Assembly (NCBI GenBank): GCA_028826165.1 | Contig: JAPDFW010000103.1 | Location: 62,001 to 126,000, forward strand | Direction of reading: 5' to 3' | DNA from: Anaeramoeba ignava BMAN | Lineage: Eukaryota; Protista; Anaeramoebae | Length of the DNA: 64,000 nt | Shown: piece by piece, positions 1 to 17,707 of the stretch | How positions within the stretch are numbered: the stretch's first letter is position 1 | Layout: each line of letters opens with the position of its first letter | Program-made: the position numbers and the translations under genes | The notes under the pieces: generated by a model | Told to the model about the DNA's origin: nothing | The model's input: the letters and a program-made list of their open reading frames with translations, nothing else | Databases searched by the model: none

Positions 1-344
1 GAATAAAAAAGACCGGTTAAAAAATAGGGAGCGATTTCTTTGTCTTTTATTTTTGAAATTTTCACAAAACAAAAGGTTTCCTTTTGATTTGTGAATTTGT
101 GTTTGACTTCCTTTGAATAAGTGCCTGAAACTTTAATTTTAAGTTGATTCACTTTGCTTCCAACGTTTATTGTTAAGGGCTCGTTGATCCAAATTTGCAG
201 GTTGTTTTCTTGCGGAAATAACTTATAAGGTCCTGTTTCTGCAATTGTGTATTCAATCTTCGGTTTTGAATTTTTTTGATTTTCTTTTGAAGAATCAGGA
301 AGACAAACAATCACATAAATCGTTATAATTTTTTTGTCTGACAT
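1..344 (-). CDS. Hypothetical protein, 3' end runs off the window
   Basis: ATG at 344 (MSDKKIITIYVIVCLP...) stays open to the window edge; T-rich TCAT motif upstream as for other genes. Confidence 0.55.
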   Translation of the reverse strand, partial: MSDKKIITIYVIVCLPDSSKENQKNSKPKIEYTIAETGPYKLFPQENNLQIWINEPLTINVGSKVNQLKIKVSGTYSKEVKHKFTNQKETFCFVKISKIKDKEIAPYFLTGLFY

Positions 345-514
345 TTTTAAAAGGAAATAATATTTTTTTTTTTTTAAAATTAAAAAAAATGGAAAAATGA
401 AAAAATGGAAAAAAAAAATTTTAATAAAAAAAAAAAAAAGGAAAAAAGCAAAAAAAAAATCAAAATTCCTCTTTTTTTTTTTAATTGATTTTATTTATTA
501 TATTTTACTTTATT

Positions 515-1978
515 TTATTTAACAAACACTTCAATATCTTTTACTTTCCAATTATTAAAAGATCCAGCTAAATAACTTTTTGTATTTGGAGTTCCATAAA
601 CCATTTCCTTTGGGAGTTGATAAGTATTTCCAAGATTTGACCAACCATGTTCCAAACCAGAATTGATCCAGAAATCGTAGCCGCCTCCAAAAGCAGGTCC
701 AGCATCCTCATTATAATATATTGCCTTATTTTTCATTTCGGGATGAATTGGGAACTTTTGGATCGTTTTTGACGTTGGATTTCTTAATGAAAAAATAAAT
801 GAAGAATCATCTGTAATGTATCTTGGATTTCCTGATTGATACCCGACTTTTGTGAATCCTCCAAACACATATTCTTCAGTTGTTTCAATCAAAACAACCA
901 TTTTTCCTTTGCCGTCAATTCGGTAATGAAATATTCTGTTGGAAAATCCATGTTTTTTTGCTGAAAAACCAAGTTTCATTGAGCTGAAAAAAATATCATC
1001 ATCAATCAATGATTTCAAATTCTCAAGCTCCTGTTTGTCTTTCAGAATATTCGATTGGAACCTTATTCTCGTGTTGAAAATGAGTGAGTTTTTGTTCTCC
1101 ATTTTTTGCTGATATTTTCGAACTATCAAGTTCATTTCATTTTCGTTTGATTCGGGAATTGAGTGGAAATCATCGATTGTCTGAAGAAGCGAATCAGGGA
1201 TAATTTTCATTTGCATAATTTGGGAGATTTGGGTCTTTTCCAAATTGATGAATCTGATCTTATGGATTAAATTTGAGATTTTTTCTTTCATCTTCGAAAC
1301 AATCGCTTGATTTTCTTCTTTATTCCAATCAATCTCAACATCCATTGATCTGTTGATGCTACACTGCCTTTGTCCCCATTGCACTAACGACTGGAATATT
1401 TCGAATTCGGGAATCTGCAGATTGTCGTTTGAAAGTATTCTGGAAAAATGATCTTCTTCAAGATCGAGAAAAAAATCAGTTTTGATGAAATGGGCAAAAT
1501 TCTCAAAAATAAATTTGTAGCAAAAATCTGTCAATTCAGACAACTCAACTAATTCCGCAATTTTAAGAACCTCAACAACATTTTCTATTGCGCAAGTTCT
1601 CTTCACAAAATCGACGCAGGGCTTCTGTAAATCGTCGATTAAATAACGGGAAGAAAAGAGAAGGATCTCAATTACATTTTCAAGTGTTAATTGAATTTTT
1701 CCTGAATAAAAATACTCAAGAATTGATTTTAAAGTTGATTTTGAAACATCCTTTAAAATGAGCTTATTTTCTTGAAATTCTTTCATTTGCGAATGTAAAA
1801 GTGATCGGAAAAAATCATTTCTTGTTGAAAGTATTGATTTATGGCATTTGAAGGATATTTCTTGTTGATTTTCTTTACAAATAATTTCAAAATCACTATA
1901 ATTTTCTTTATCTGGTAAACTAATTAATTTTTGTAAATCTTGTGAAAGTTTTTCTGTATTTGAATAATGTTGAATCAT
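515..1978 (-). CDS. BTB/POZ-BACK-TLDc domain protein
   Basis: YSDFEIIC...CHKSILSTRNDFF (BTB), EFEIFQSLVQW (BACK), VFGGFT...FIFSL...GPAFGGG...DIEVF (TLDc); intronless. Confidence 0.9.
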   Translation of the reverse strand: MIQHYSNTEKLSQDLQKLISLPDKENYSDFEIICKENQQEISFKCHKSILSTRNDFFRSLLHSQMKEFQENKLILKDVSKSTLKSILEYFYSGKIQLTLENVIEILLFSSRYLIDDLQKPCVDFVKRTCAIENVVEVLKIAELVELSELTDFCYKFIFENFAHFIKTDFFLDLEEDHFSRILSNDNLQIPEFEIFQSLVQWGQRQCSINRSMDVEIDWNKEENQAIVSKMKEKISNLIHKIRFINLEKTQISQIMQMKIIPDSLLQTIDDFHSIPESNENEMNLIVRKYQQKMENKNSLIFNTRIRFQSNILKDKQELENLKSLIDDDIFFSSMKLGFSAKKHGFSNRIFHYRIDGKGKMVVLIETTEEYVFGGFTKVGYQSGNPRYITDDSSFIFSLRNPTSKTIQKFPIHPEMKNKAIYYNEDAGPAFGGGYDFWINSGLEHGWSNLGNTYQLPKEMVYGTPNTKSYLAGSFNNWKVKDIEVFVK

Positions 1979-2124
1979 TTTAAAAATAAAAATAAAATTA
2001 AAATTAAAATTAAAAGAAAAAGAATGAAAAAAATGAAAAACAAAAAAGGGTTTTTTTTTAACTTTAAAAAGAAGTTATTAAGTTGTAAAAAAAAAATTGT
2101 TTTGTTTTTTTTTTTTTTTAAATT

Positions 2125-4652
2125 TCAATTATAAATGTTTAATTTTTTTTCAATTATTGAAAGTTGATTTAGTAATTCTCCCAGTTTTTCTTGAATATCA
2201 AGATCAATTTTCTTTGTTTTTTCAATATTCATTTGGGCATAAAGAAGTTTTAATATACTAAATTTTTGATTATTTTCTAAAATGTTTTTTGGTTGTTTTT
2301 CAATTTGGGTTGATTTTTCGAAATTATTCTTTTCATTAATAAAATCCTTATTGTTTTTTAATTCTTGAATATCTTTTGAAATTAATTCCTCAATTTGATT
2401 TTCGGTGAGTAATTGATTTTGGATTATATTTTCCTTGAATTCTTGCAATTCCTTTTCCATTTCAACTTCATCAATTTGCAATATTTGCATTTTTTGATTT
2501 AATTCTTTTCTTTTATTGCGTTCATTTTTCAAATTTTGTTTTAATTGCTTTAATTTTTGATTTTCTTCTTTTTTTGAGACATTTTCCTCCATTTTTTGTT
2601 GAGTAATTTTAATATTTTCGAGTTTTGTTTGAGATTTAGATAAAATTTCTATTTTAAAATTTAATTTAAATAAAATTGAATAAAATTAAAATTTAATAGA
2701 ATTGAATTTAAATTAAAATTGAAATTAAAATTGAATTTGAATTGAAATTAAAATTGAAATTAAATTGAAATTGAATTAAAATTGAATTGAATTTAAAATT
2801 GAATTGAATTTGAATTAAATTCATTTATTAAATTAAATTAAAATTGAATAAAATTAAATTGAAATTAAATTAATATTAAATTAAATTAAAATTGAATTGA
2901 ATTGAATTAAATTAAATTGAATTAAAATTGAATTGAATTGAATTGAAATTGAATTGAATTGGATTGAATTGAAATTAAAATTAAATTAAATTAAAATTGA
3001 ATTGAATTGAATTCATTTATAAAATTGGATTGAATTGAATTGAATTAAAATTAAATTAAATTAAAATTGAAATTAAATTAAAATTAAAATTAAAATTCAT
3101 TTATAAAATTAAATTAAAATTGAAATTGAATTAAATTTAAAATTGGATTGAAATTGAATTAAATTCATTTATAAAATTGAATTAAATTAAAATAAATTTA
3201 AAATTGAATTGAAATTGAATTGAATTTAAAATTGAAATTGAATTAAATTCATTTATAAAATTGAATTAAATTAAAATAAATTTAAAATTGAATTGAAATT
3301 GAATTGAATTGAATTGAATTGGATTGAATTGAATTAAATTAAATTAAATTAAATTAAAATTAAAATTGAAATTGAATTGAATTGGATTGAATTAAATTAA
3401 ATTAAATTAAATTAAATTAAAATTGAAATTGAATTGAATTGAATTGAATTGAATTGAATTAAATTAAATTAAATTAAAATTGAAATTGAATTGAATTGAA
3501 TTAAATTAAATTAAATTAAATTAAAATTGAAATTGAATTGAATTGAATTGGATTGAATTGAATTGAATTCATTTATAAAATTGAATTGAAATTAAATTGA
3601 ATTGAAATTGAATTGAATTCATTTATAAAATTGAATTGAAATAAAATTGAATTAAAATTAAAATTGAATTGAATTAAATTGAATTGAATTGAAATTGAAT
3701 TCATTTATAAAATTGAATTGAATTGAAATTGAATTCATTTATAAAATTGAATTGAAATAAAATTGAATTAAAATTAAAATTGAATTGAATTGAATTGAAT
3801 TAAAATTAAAATTGAAATTAAAATTGAAATTAAAATTGAAATTAAAATTGAAATTAAATTAAATTGAATTTGAATTGAAATTAAAATTGAATTAAAATTG
3901 AATTAATATTAAATTGAAATTAAATTAAAATTGAATTAAAATTAAAACAAAATTGAAATTGAAATTGAATTGAAATTGAATTGAATTAAAATTAAATTGA
4001 ATTAAAATTGAATTAAATTAAATTAAAATTAAATTAAATAAAATTGAAATTAAAATTGAATTGAATTGAATTAAATTAAAATTAAATTAAAATTAAAATT
4101 GAATTGAATTAAAAATAAAATTGAATTAAATTAAAATTGAATTAAAATTGAATTAAAATTAAAATTTAATTGATTTGAATTAAAATTAAATTAAAATTAA
4201 AATTAAATTAAAATTAAAATTGAAATTAAAAATCATTTATAAAATTCAATTTAAATAGAATTGAATTTTTTGTATAAAGTACGTTGAGCTTCTAATTTTA
4301 GATTTTCAATTTCTTTCATTTCAGAATCCAGTAATTGATTGAGTTCAGTTATTTTTTGAGAAGATAAAGAGTCCATTGTAGATTTTATTGATGGTAATGA
4401 TTTTTTTGATTTGCTTTTCATTTTTTTTTCCATTATTTTTTTCAACAAACTTTCTTTTTCAAAAGTTCCATGATTTTTTTTACAATCAAAATATTTTTTT
4501 GATTTAATAGTTCCATCATATTTTCCAAGAGGTTCATCAAGTTCTATACCAATCCAAACACCTGAACCAAGAGAAGTTTTACCAATATATTTTACAATAC
4601 CAGAATTTTTTTTTGAATCAAAAATTTTTTGACCAATATTAAAATAAGACAT
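2125..4652 (-). CDS. CAP-Gly domain plus coiled-coil protein; exons 4652-4283 and 2648-2125
   Basis: GIVKYIG..GVWIGIELDEPLGKYDGT..YFDC CAP-Gly motif; GT-AG intron 2649-4282 joins the two ORFs in frame (phase 1). Confidence 0.8.
2660..4250. repeat. Intronic (GAATT/AAATT)n microsatellite, about 1.6 kb
   Basis: Degenerate penta/hexamer tandem repeat filling the intron. Confidence 0.9.
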
Positions 4653-4814
4653 TAAAAAAAATGAAAAATGAAAAAATGAAAAAATGAAAAAAATGAAAAA
4701 TGAAAAAATGAAAAAATTGCTTTTATTTATTTTTCTTGATTTTTTTTTAAAAAGAAAATTTCGGTTTTTTTTCCCTATTTTGTTTTTTTTTTGGATTTGT
4801 TTTTTTCTTTCTTC

Positions 4815-9712
<4,898 letters not shown>

Positions 9713-9769
9713 TTATTTAACAAATCATTTTTTATAAAAATGAGTCAAAATGGTTATTTTTGGAACAAT

Positions 9770-11185
9770 TTAAAATTAATAATAAAATCAATCAAAAATT
9801 AATAATAAAATCAATTTAAAAATCAATCAAAAATCAATTTAAAATCAATTTAAAAAAAAGTGGAATAAATATTTAATTTAACAATTATTAATAAAATCAA
9901 TTTAAAATCAATTTAAAAATCAATCAAAAATCAATTTAAAATCAATAATAAAATCAATTTAAAATCAATTTAAAATCAATTTAAAATCAATTTAAAAAAA
10001 AGTGGAATAAATATTTATTTTAACAATTATTAATAAAATCAATTTAAAATCAATTCAAAATCAATTTAAAAATCAATTTAAAAATTAATAATAAAATCAA
10101 TTTAAAATCAATTTAAAATCAATTTAAAATCAATTTAAAAAAAAGTGGAATAAATATTTATTTTAACAATTATTAATAAAATCAATTTAAAATCAATTTA
10201 AAATCAATTTAAAATCAATTTCTAAATCAATTTAAAATCAATTTAAAATCAATTCAAAATTAATTTAAAATCAATTTAAAAAAGTGGAATAAATATTTAA
10301 TTTAACAATTATTAATAAAATCAATTTAAAATTAATTCAAAATTAATTCAAAAAAAGTGGAATAAATATTTAATTTAACAATTAATAATAAAATCAATTT
10401 AAAATCAATTTAAAAAAAAGTGGAATAAATATTTATTTTAACAATTATTAATAAAATCAATTTAAAATTAATAATAAAATCAATCAAAAATCAATCAAAA
10501 ATCAATTTAAAATCAATTTAAAATCAATTTCTAAATCAATTCAAAATCAATTTAAAAAAAAGTGGAATAAATATTTATTTTAAAAATTATTAATAAAATC
10601 AATTTAAAATCAATTTAAAATCAATTTAAAATAAATTTAAAATCAATTTCTAAATCAATTTAAAAATCAATTTAAAATCAATTTAAAATCAATTTAAAAA
10701 AAAGTGGAATAAATATTTATTTTAACAATTATTAATAAAATCAATTTAAAATCAATTTAAAATCAATTCAAAATCAATTTAAAAAAAAGTGGAATAAATA
10801 TTTATTTTAACAATTATTAATAAAATCAATTCAAAATCAATTTAAAAAAAGTGGAATAAATATTTAATTTAACAATTATTAATAAAATCAATTTAAAAAT
10901 CAATTCAAAAATCAATTTAAAATCAATTTAAAAATCAATTTCTAAATCAATTTAAAATCAATTTAAAATCAATTCAAAATCAATTTAAAAAAAAGTGGAA
11001 TAAATATTTATTTTAACAATTATTAATAAAATCAATTTAAAATCAATTTAAAAAAAAGTGGAATAAATATTTAATTTAACAATTATTAATAAAATCAATT
11101 TAAAAATAAATTTAAAAAAAAGTGGAATAAATATTTAATTTAAAAATTATTAATAAAATCAATTTAAAATCAATTTAAAATCAAA
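9770..11185. repeat. Intergenic satellite: AAAATCAATTT 11-mers interleaved with a ~45-bp AAAGTGGAATAAATATTTAATTTAACAATTATTAAT unit
   Basis: More than a dozen recurrences of AAAGTGGAATAAATATT separated by variable numbers of 11-mers. Confidence 0.9.
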
Positions 11186-11296
11186 TCAAAATGAAAAAAA
11201 CAGATCAAATATAAAATTTTTATTTAAATTTTTATTTTATTTGAATTTAATTGAATTTTTATTTGAATTTAATTTGAATTTTTATTTGAATTTAAT

Positions 11297-13457
11297 TTAA
11301 TTTGAATTTTTATTTTTGTTTTTATTTTTATTTTTATTTTTATTTTTAAATTGATTTTTGTTTTCTTTATTTTTGAGTTGATTAATATTATGTTCATAAT
11401 TTTGTGTTTTTTGTGAATTTAATTTTGAATTAGATTGAATATTTGAGTTAATTTTATTATCTAAATTTTCATTTTTGTTTTGCATTTTAAATTTTTTTGA
11501 TTTTTGATTTCCATTTTCATTTTGAATTTGGTTTTGATTTTGAATTTGATTTTGATTTTGATTTTGATTTTGATTTATTTTTTGATTTTGATTTTGAATT
11601 TCATTTTCATTTTGAATTTGATTTTGATTTTGATTTTGATTTTGATTTTGATTTTGATTTTGATTTTGATTTTGATTTTGATTTTGATTTTGATTTTTAT
11701 TTTTATTTTGTTTTGATTTATTTTTTGATTTTGATTTTGGCTTATTTTTTTGTTTTGGTTTATTTACTTTTGTTTTTAATTTTGATTTTGGTGATTTAAT
11801 TTGTTTTGGTAATTTTGTAGATTTTATTTGATTTGGATCATAATTTATATTCAAAGTTGGATCATAATTTGAATTAAAATTTGGATCATAATTTATATTT
11901 AAAGTTGGATCATAATTTGTGTTTAAATTTGGATCATAATTTATATTTGAAGTTGGATCATAATTTGTGTTTAAATTTAGATCATAATTTATATTTAAAG
12001 TTGGATCATAATTTGTATTTAAGTTTTCATTTAAAGTTGGATTAAAATTCTTATGAAAATTTCGATTATATTTCCGATTATATTTCCGATTTGGATCAAA
12101 ATCTGTGTTGAATTTTCGATTAAATTTTCGATTGGGATCAAAATTCAAATTTGAATTAAAATTTGAATTAAAATTTGGATCGAAATTTGGATCGAAATTT
12201 GAATTGAAATTAAAATTTGAATTGGGATCGAAGTTTGGGATCCAAATTTGAGAAATTCTTTAAATAATTCAAACTATTAGGAGAATGGATATCGAAATTA
12301 ACTGGATAATTATCGTTGATAAAATTATTGAATTCAATATTAAAATTTTGTGAGTTGAAAATTGACTGCGAAATATTTCGATAACAAGATTGGAAGGCTT
12401 GCTTGACTTTCTGAGGATCCATAATCTCATCGAGATCAAAAGATTTTTGGAGAAGAAAAAAGGAACCAGCAAAAACTTGAACACAATCAGCAATTCTATA
12501 AAAACTTGAAGTGACATTGTTGTTTGGATTCAATGGATCAACAACAACAGGAACTTCTGGATTCGGTTGATTTTTAAATAAATGTTTTGCAAAGAAATAG
12601 ACTTCGAATTCTTTGGGGAAAGATATTGCAGTTGAAGACCAGTCAAAAACTGAATAAAAAGAAAAGAAATCCATTAAAAATAAATCCAAGTTCGGTTCCT
12701 TCATTTGGAACATGACTTCATTAAAAAGAGAAAATCTAGCGACAATCAACAACAATAAAGAATATGAACTGATGCCACCGTAATATGGTTTGTCGAATCC
12801 ATGCGCGCGAAGAAACGATTTCAATACCAGAAAGATAGGGAGCATGAGCGGATAATGTTGTAAATAGCGTTTCGTCAATTCTACGCTGTCTGTAGAATAC
12901 GAAATAAAAAAGCTAAGATCGATGTCCAGCTTTGTTTTAGCATCCAGGATTCTAATGATGGGAATTTTGGCGGATGGAAGTGATAAAATGATCTTATAAT
13001 CTTCGGATACTTCAATTCGTTTGGAAATTTCATCAATTAATTCAACTGGTTTTTTTCCTTCAACAAATAATGTCAAATCAATATCAGATTCAGGTAAATA
13101 ACTATTGCTTGCAAATGATCCAAACACTTGAATTTTCGCTCCACTCCATATTTTTAATACAAATTCATAAAATGAATCAACTACTCCTTGTCTTCTTTTA
13201 GATTGTTCTTCTGTTGGCTTGTTTTTTTCATAGAAATGAAGTATTTGCTCATTTAATTTTTTGGGTAATTCACTTTTTTTCCTTGTAAATCGTGATTTCA
13301 TTTCATTTCCTCTTTGTTTTTGATTATTTTGATTGTTTTTTTCTAGATTTTTTCTTTTTGTTTTTTTATTTTTTTTATTTTTATTATTTTTATTATTATT
13401 GTTATTATTTTTATTATTATTATTGTTATTATTTTGTGTTTGTTTTGAATTTTTCAT
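11297..13457 (-). CDS. Non-canonical poly(A) polymerase (Trf4/PAPD5-like) with low-complexity C-terminus; probable 1-nt frameshift near 12240
   Basis: VFGSFASNSYLPESDIDL nucleotidyltransferase motif, AKIPII, GGISSYSL, VVDPLNPNNNVT; NFDP repeats continue in the shifted frame into ORF 11297-12148. Confidence 0.85.
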
Positions 13458-13604
13458 TTGCAAAAAAAAATTTTTTTATTTTTTAATTAATTAATAAATT
13501 GAAAATAAATTGAAAATGGAAATGAATGAAAATTGAAAATTGAAAATTGAATTTTTTTTTTTTGAAAATAAAAATTTTTGGAAAATTGTTTTCTTCTTTT
13601 TGTC

Positions 13605-15917
13605 TCATTTTATTTTGGTTTCATTTTCTTGAAGAATAATATCATTTTTATTATTCTTATAATTATTACTATTATTGTTATTGTTTTTTTTATAATTTTC
13701 AAAATGGATTAAAAATTCTTTTTGTAAATCAGAATGATTTTTAAGCAATTTCTTAATACTTTCAATTTGTTCTTTCTCAGAAAAATAAATTGAGATGAAA
13801 CTAAAAATTTTTTCTTTATCAATCTCAATCAATTTCAACAACAAAGCAGAACGTTCAATTTCCACCAATTCCATTACATTTGGATTTGATGATAATAAAT
13901 TATGGAAATTTCCTCGATTTTTTTTTAAAAGTTGAATCAGTTGAGTGCGTTTATATTGGAAAGAGAAAATTTCGAATGAAAGTTGTTCGAATTGAATTAT
14001 GTTATTTATATTTAAGTAGAAATATTTCCACAAACTATTTTCTTCAAAATATTCCATTACTTTTGGATCTTCAAGTTCAATTAAGCATTTTAAAGCATCG
14101 ATATGCATTGCTTGGTAAATACACAATTTAAAACAAGCATTAAAAAGATGACGAATTGATTTTTCGTCTTCATCTTGTTGAATAAGATGGTTTTGATTGG
14201 AAATTTTGTTGCCGTTTTTTGTGCGTAATTCAATGATTTTTTGGCAAAGTAAGTTTGTAATTTCCTCAATTGAATATAAAATTGGCCAATGATCAACACA
14301 TTTTAAAAACGTTTTCAACAAAGAATTTTCGAGATAATACTCAAGAATTATGTTGTAATATTTTTCTTGGAGTAGTTGTTTGTTATTAAAGGGTAAATAA
14401 GGTTCCAAAAGATGCAATCTATTATTTTTTGTCAATCTTTCTGCAAAAATATTCCAGTATTCTCTTGAGGCTTGCGGAAGACAATATTCAGCCCACACAG
14501 CCATAGCTTTTTGCTGTTGGGTTTCTGTTTTCCACAAAAAGCAAGCATATTCATTAGCAACTTCAATGAGTTCTTTTCTGCGATTAAATCTTGTGCATAA
14601 ATCCATTGCTTTTGTAAACTTTGCTGATTGAATGTAATATAATATTTTTTCACTTGCTGTAATTGGTCGAATTAGTAATAGATTTGTTTCAAAGCATAAA
14701 ATCCAACTGAATCGATTTCCTTTCTCTTCTGATTTCTTGATTAAAAATGTGTTTTCAGGCGCTTTTAAAGATGTGATTGAATCATTTATAAATGCTATCG
14801 AGCTATCTTCATTCTTGCAAGGAATAGAAGTATAATCTGTTGCTTTAATTTCAAGGTTATTTATATCTAGAGTTGCGAAATCTATATATCTTTTTTTCTA
14901 AATGAATCAAAAAGAAAATGTTTTTTTTATTCTTTTTCTGATTAATTTAAAGTTTTTCCTTTTTTTTTTTTTTTTTTTTTTTTAATATGTTTAGTTTACA
15001 TTTTCTCCTCTGTTTTGATTATTTAGAAGTGATAAAACGATAACATCATTCAAAATCCCAAAACTTAAAACTGGAATTGGCGAAAAATACTTTTTTTCAA
15101 TTGATATTTCTTGATCAGGATTAATATTACAAAAATAGATAATATTATTAATCAATGCAATAAACCAATGGTGGTAAATTTTGAATTGAGGTAAAATTTT
15201 TTGCAAATTTTTGTGAATATTTTCATTTTCATTTTCATTTTGATTTTGATTTTCATTTTCATTTTCATTTTCATTTTGTAAATTTTTCATTTCAAATTGA
15301 ACAACAAATTTTTTCCGTTTTAAATCATAAACCATAATAGAATTTCCATAAGAAAAAAACAAAAGATCATTAACCAATTCCAAAGATCGAATGCTAAATG
15401 TTGCTTGAGTTTTTGTTGAAGAAAAACCAAACCAAAACTCTTCGATTGATTGAGGCATTCGATCACCTAATTGAATAATTAAATTATCATTAAACTTCCT
15501 AAAAAAAGAAGGACCACTTCTTTTAACTAAAGCACCTGAAGAAGTGCCAAAATATAAATAATTAGCATGTTTTTCCTCCATAAAATCATTTGGAATTGCA
15601 AGTGAAGTTATTGATTGGTTATTATCCAATTTCGATCCAAATTCTTTTGTTTTATTTTTAAACCAATCCCATATTTTTATTGTTCCATCAGTTGCTCCAC
15701 TTATTATCTTAAATTTATGTATTTTCACAACTTTTATTGCTGATTCATGTATTCTAGTTACCATTTCTATAAGATTTCCTTCTTGGTTTAAAAGTATTAT
15801 TGATCCTTTTGATGTTCCAACAACAAAAAAGTATTCACAACTATCAACTGCTGAAAGTGTTTCATCTTGATTTAACCATTGAATATTTTGTAATTTTTTA
15901 ATTTGGAAAATATCCAT
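13605..15917 (-). CDS. Vps41-like HOPS subunit (beta-propeller plus alpha-solenoid); exons 15917-15000 and 14897-13605
   Basis: VGTSKGSIILL, HESAIKVV, GATDGTIKIW, then W..F..L...NRLHLLEPYLP helical motif; phase-0 GT-AG intron in frame. Confidence 0.6.
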
Positions 15918-16098
15918 ATAAAAAAAATGAAAAAAATGAAAAAAATGAAAAAATGAAAAAAATGAAAAAATGAAAAAAATGAAAAAAATAATTTTGACTT
16001 TGAAAAACCGTTAAAAAATCCTTTTTTTTTTTTAGAATTTTTGATTTTTGATTTTGATTATTTTTTTTCTTTTCCTTTTTTTTTTTAAATAAGATTAA

Positions 16099-17576
16099 AT
16101 GATAAAGAAATTAGAAGGAAAAATAATTTTTGGAGATTATTCAAAATTTAATTCAGGTTTTCTTTTAAAAAATTAATTTATAAATTAAAAATTAAATTAA
16201 ATTTATAAATTTATAAAAATTTAGGAAATCAAATTAAGGAATTAATTAATTCAAAAAATCTTAAAATTGAACAGAATATTTTATCTTCTCATTCTTCTGA
16301 AATTGTGGATATTCAATTTATTAACAATCAAAAAACAAGAGAAACCAAATTTTTTATAAGTGTTGATGGAGCAGGAGTTCTTAAAATGTGGAAAATAAAC
16401 AAACAAAAATCAATTAGAGAAAATGTTGAAAATGAAGAAGTTGAAAATATTAAAACAATTCAAGCACATAATAAATGTATAAATGGATGTGATATGAACA
16501 AAATTATTCCAACGGCTTGTACTTGTAGTGATGATAAAACAATCAAAATTTGGGATCTCAATAAACTTGAACAAATTTCAATTGAGAAATCCCATAAAAG
16601 CTTTGTTAATTGTTGCAGATATGAAAGAACATCAGGAAATTTGATCATATCTTCAAGTATGGATAATACAATTAGGGTTTGGGATTGCAGATCATCAAAA
16701 AGTGGAACAACTCTTCATACATCTGAACAAGTAAATTCTGTTGATTTTTATTTCCCTGAAAGCTACCATTTTATTTCAGGTTCTCAAAATGGAAAGGTTT
16801 CTATTTATGATATAAGAATTAATAAAGAACTATCTAGCAATCTTGATTCACAAGAGAAAAAGGAAACTGAGTGGATTCACAAAAGAATTGAAAGGAAAAA
16901 GAGAAAAAAAGAAGAAATGGAAGCAAAACAAATTGCAAATGAGGAACAAAAGAATCAAAAACAGCAAAAATATACAACTGCACTTGACAACAAGTTACAC
17001 CAAGCCCTTTATTCTCAGTTATCAACATGGAGTTGGGGAATGGATCTACAAATTTCAAACAAAATTACATCATCAAAAAAAACAACTGATCTCCCATTTG
17101 CTAAATTTTCAAATAAGAACCAATCATCGAAATCTTCCTTCAATAAATTCTATCAAGAATACATCCTCCCATTCAAAGGACATGATCCGCTCAAGGATAT
17201 TTATTCTGTTTGCGTTTCTAATACAGGACTGTTTGTTCTTTCTTCCTCTCAAGACAATTCCCATAATGTTTGGAATAGCAGTAACAGATCAGGTCTTTTC
17301 ACACTCCAAGGAGCCAAATTATCAACCAAATGCAATCCAAAGTTTTCACAATTTGATGATTGGGTTGTTTGTGGATCAGATAATGGGAAGATTCTATTCT
17401 GGATTATTGATCCAAGATCACAATCTCGTCAAGATCAACAAATTAACGTTTTTGAATTTTTGAAAATTCACAAACATCCTGTTTCTTGTGTGAATTTAAA
17501 TGAAGACAATTCAGTCCTTGTTTCAGGTGATCTGAGTGGGAGAATTAATGTGAGAACATCTGAATTTTATGATTAG
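16099..17576 (+). CDS. WD40-repeat protein; exons 16099-16156 and 16225-17576
   Basis: Multiple WD repeats (AHNKCIN...DDKTIKIWD; SSMDNTIRVWD); in-frame intron. Confidence 0.85.
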
Positions 17577-17707
17577 AAACAACGAAAGAAAAAGAATTAT
17601 TTTTTGTTTTGGATTTTTTGGATTATTTTTGTTTGTGTTAATTTTATAAAAAAAATTTTGAAAAAGAAAATTAAAAGGAATTAAAAATAAAAGAAAAGAA
17701 AATCAAA

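Noticed and set aside
9770-11185. CRISPR-like pattern of a constant ~45-bp unit with variable spacers
   Set aside because: The spacers are only varying numbers of the same 11-mer, there are no cas genes, and the context is eukaryotic
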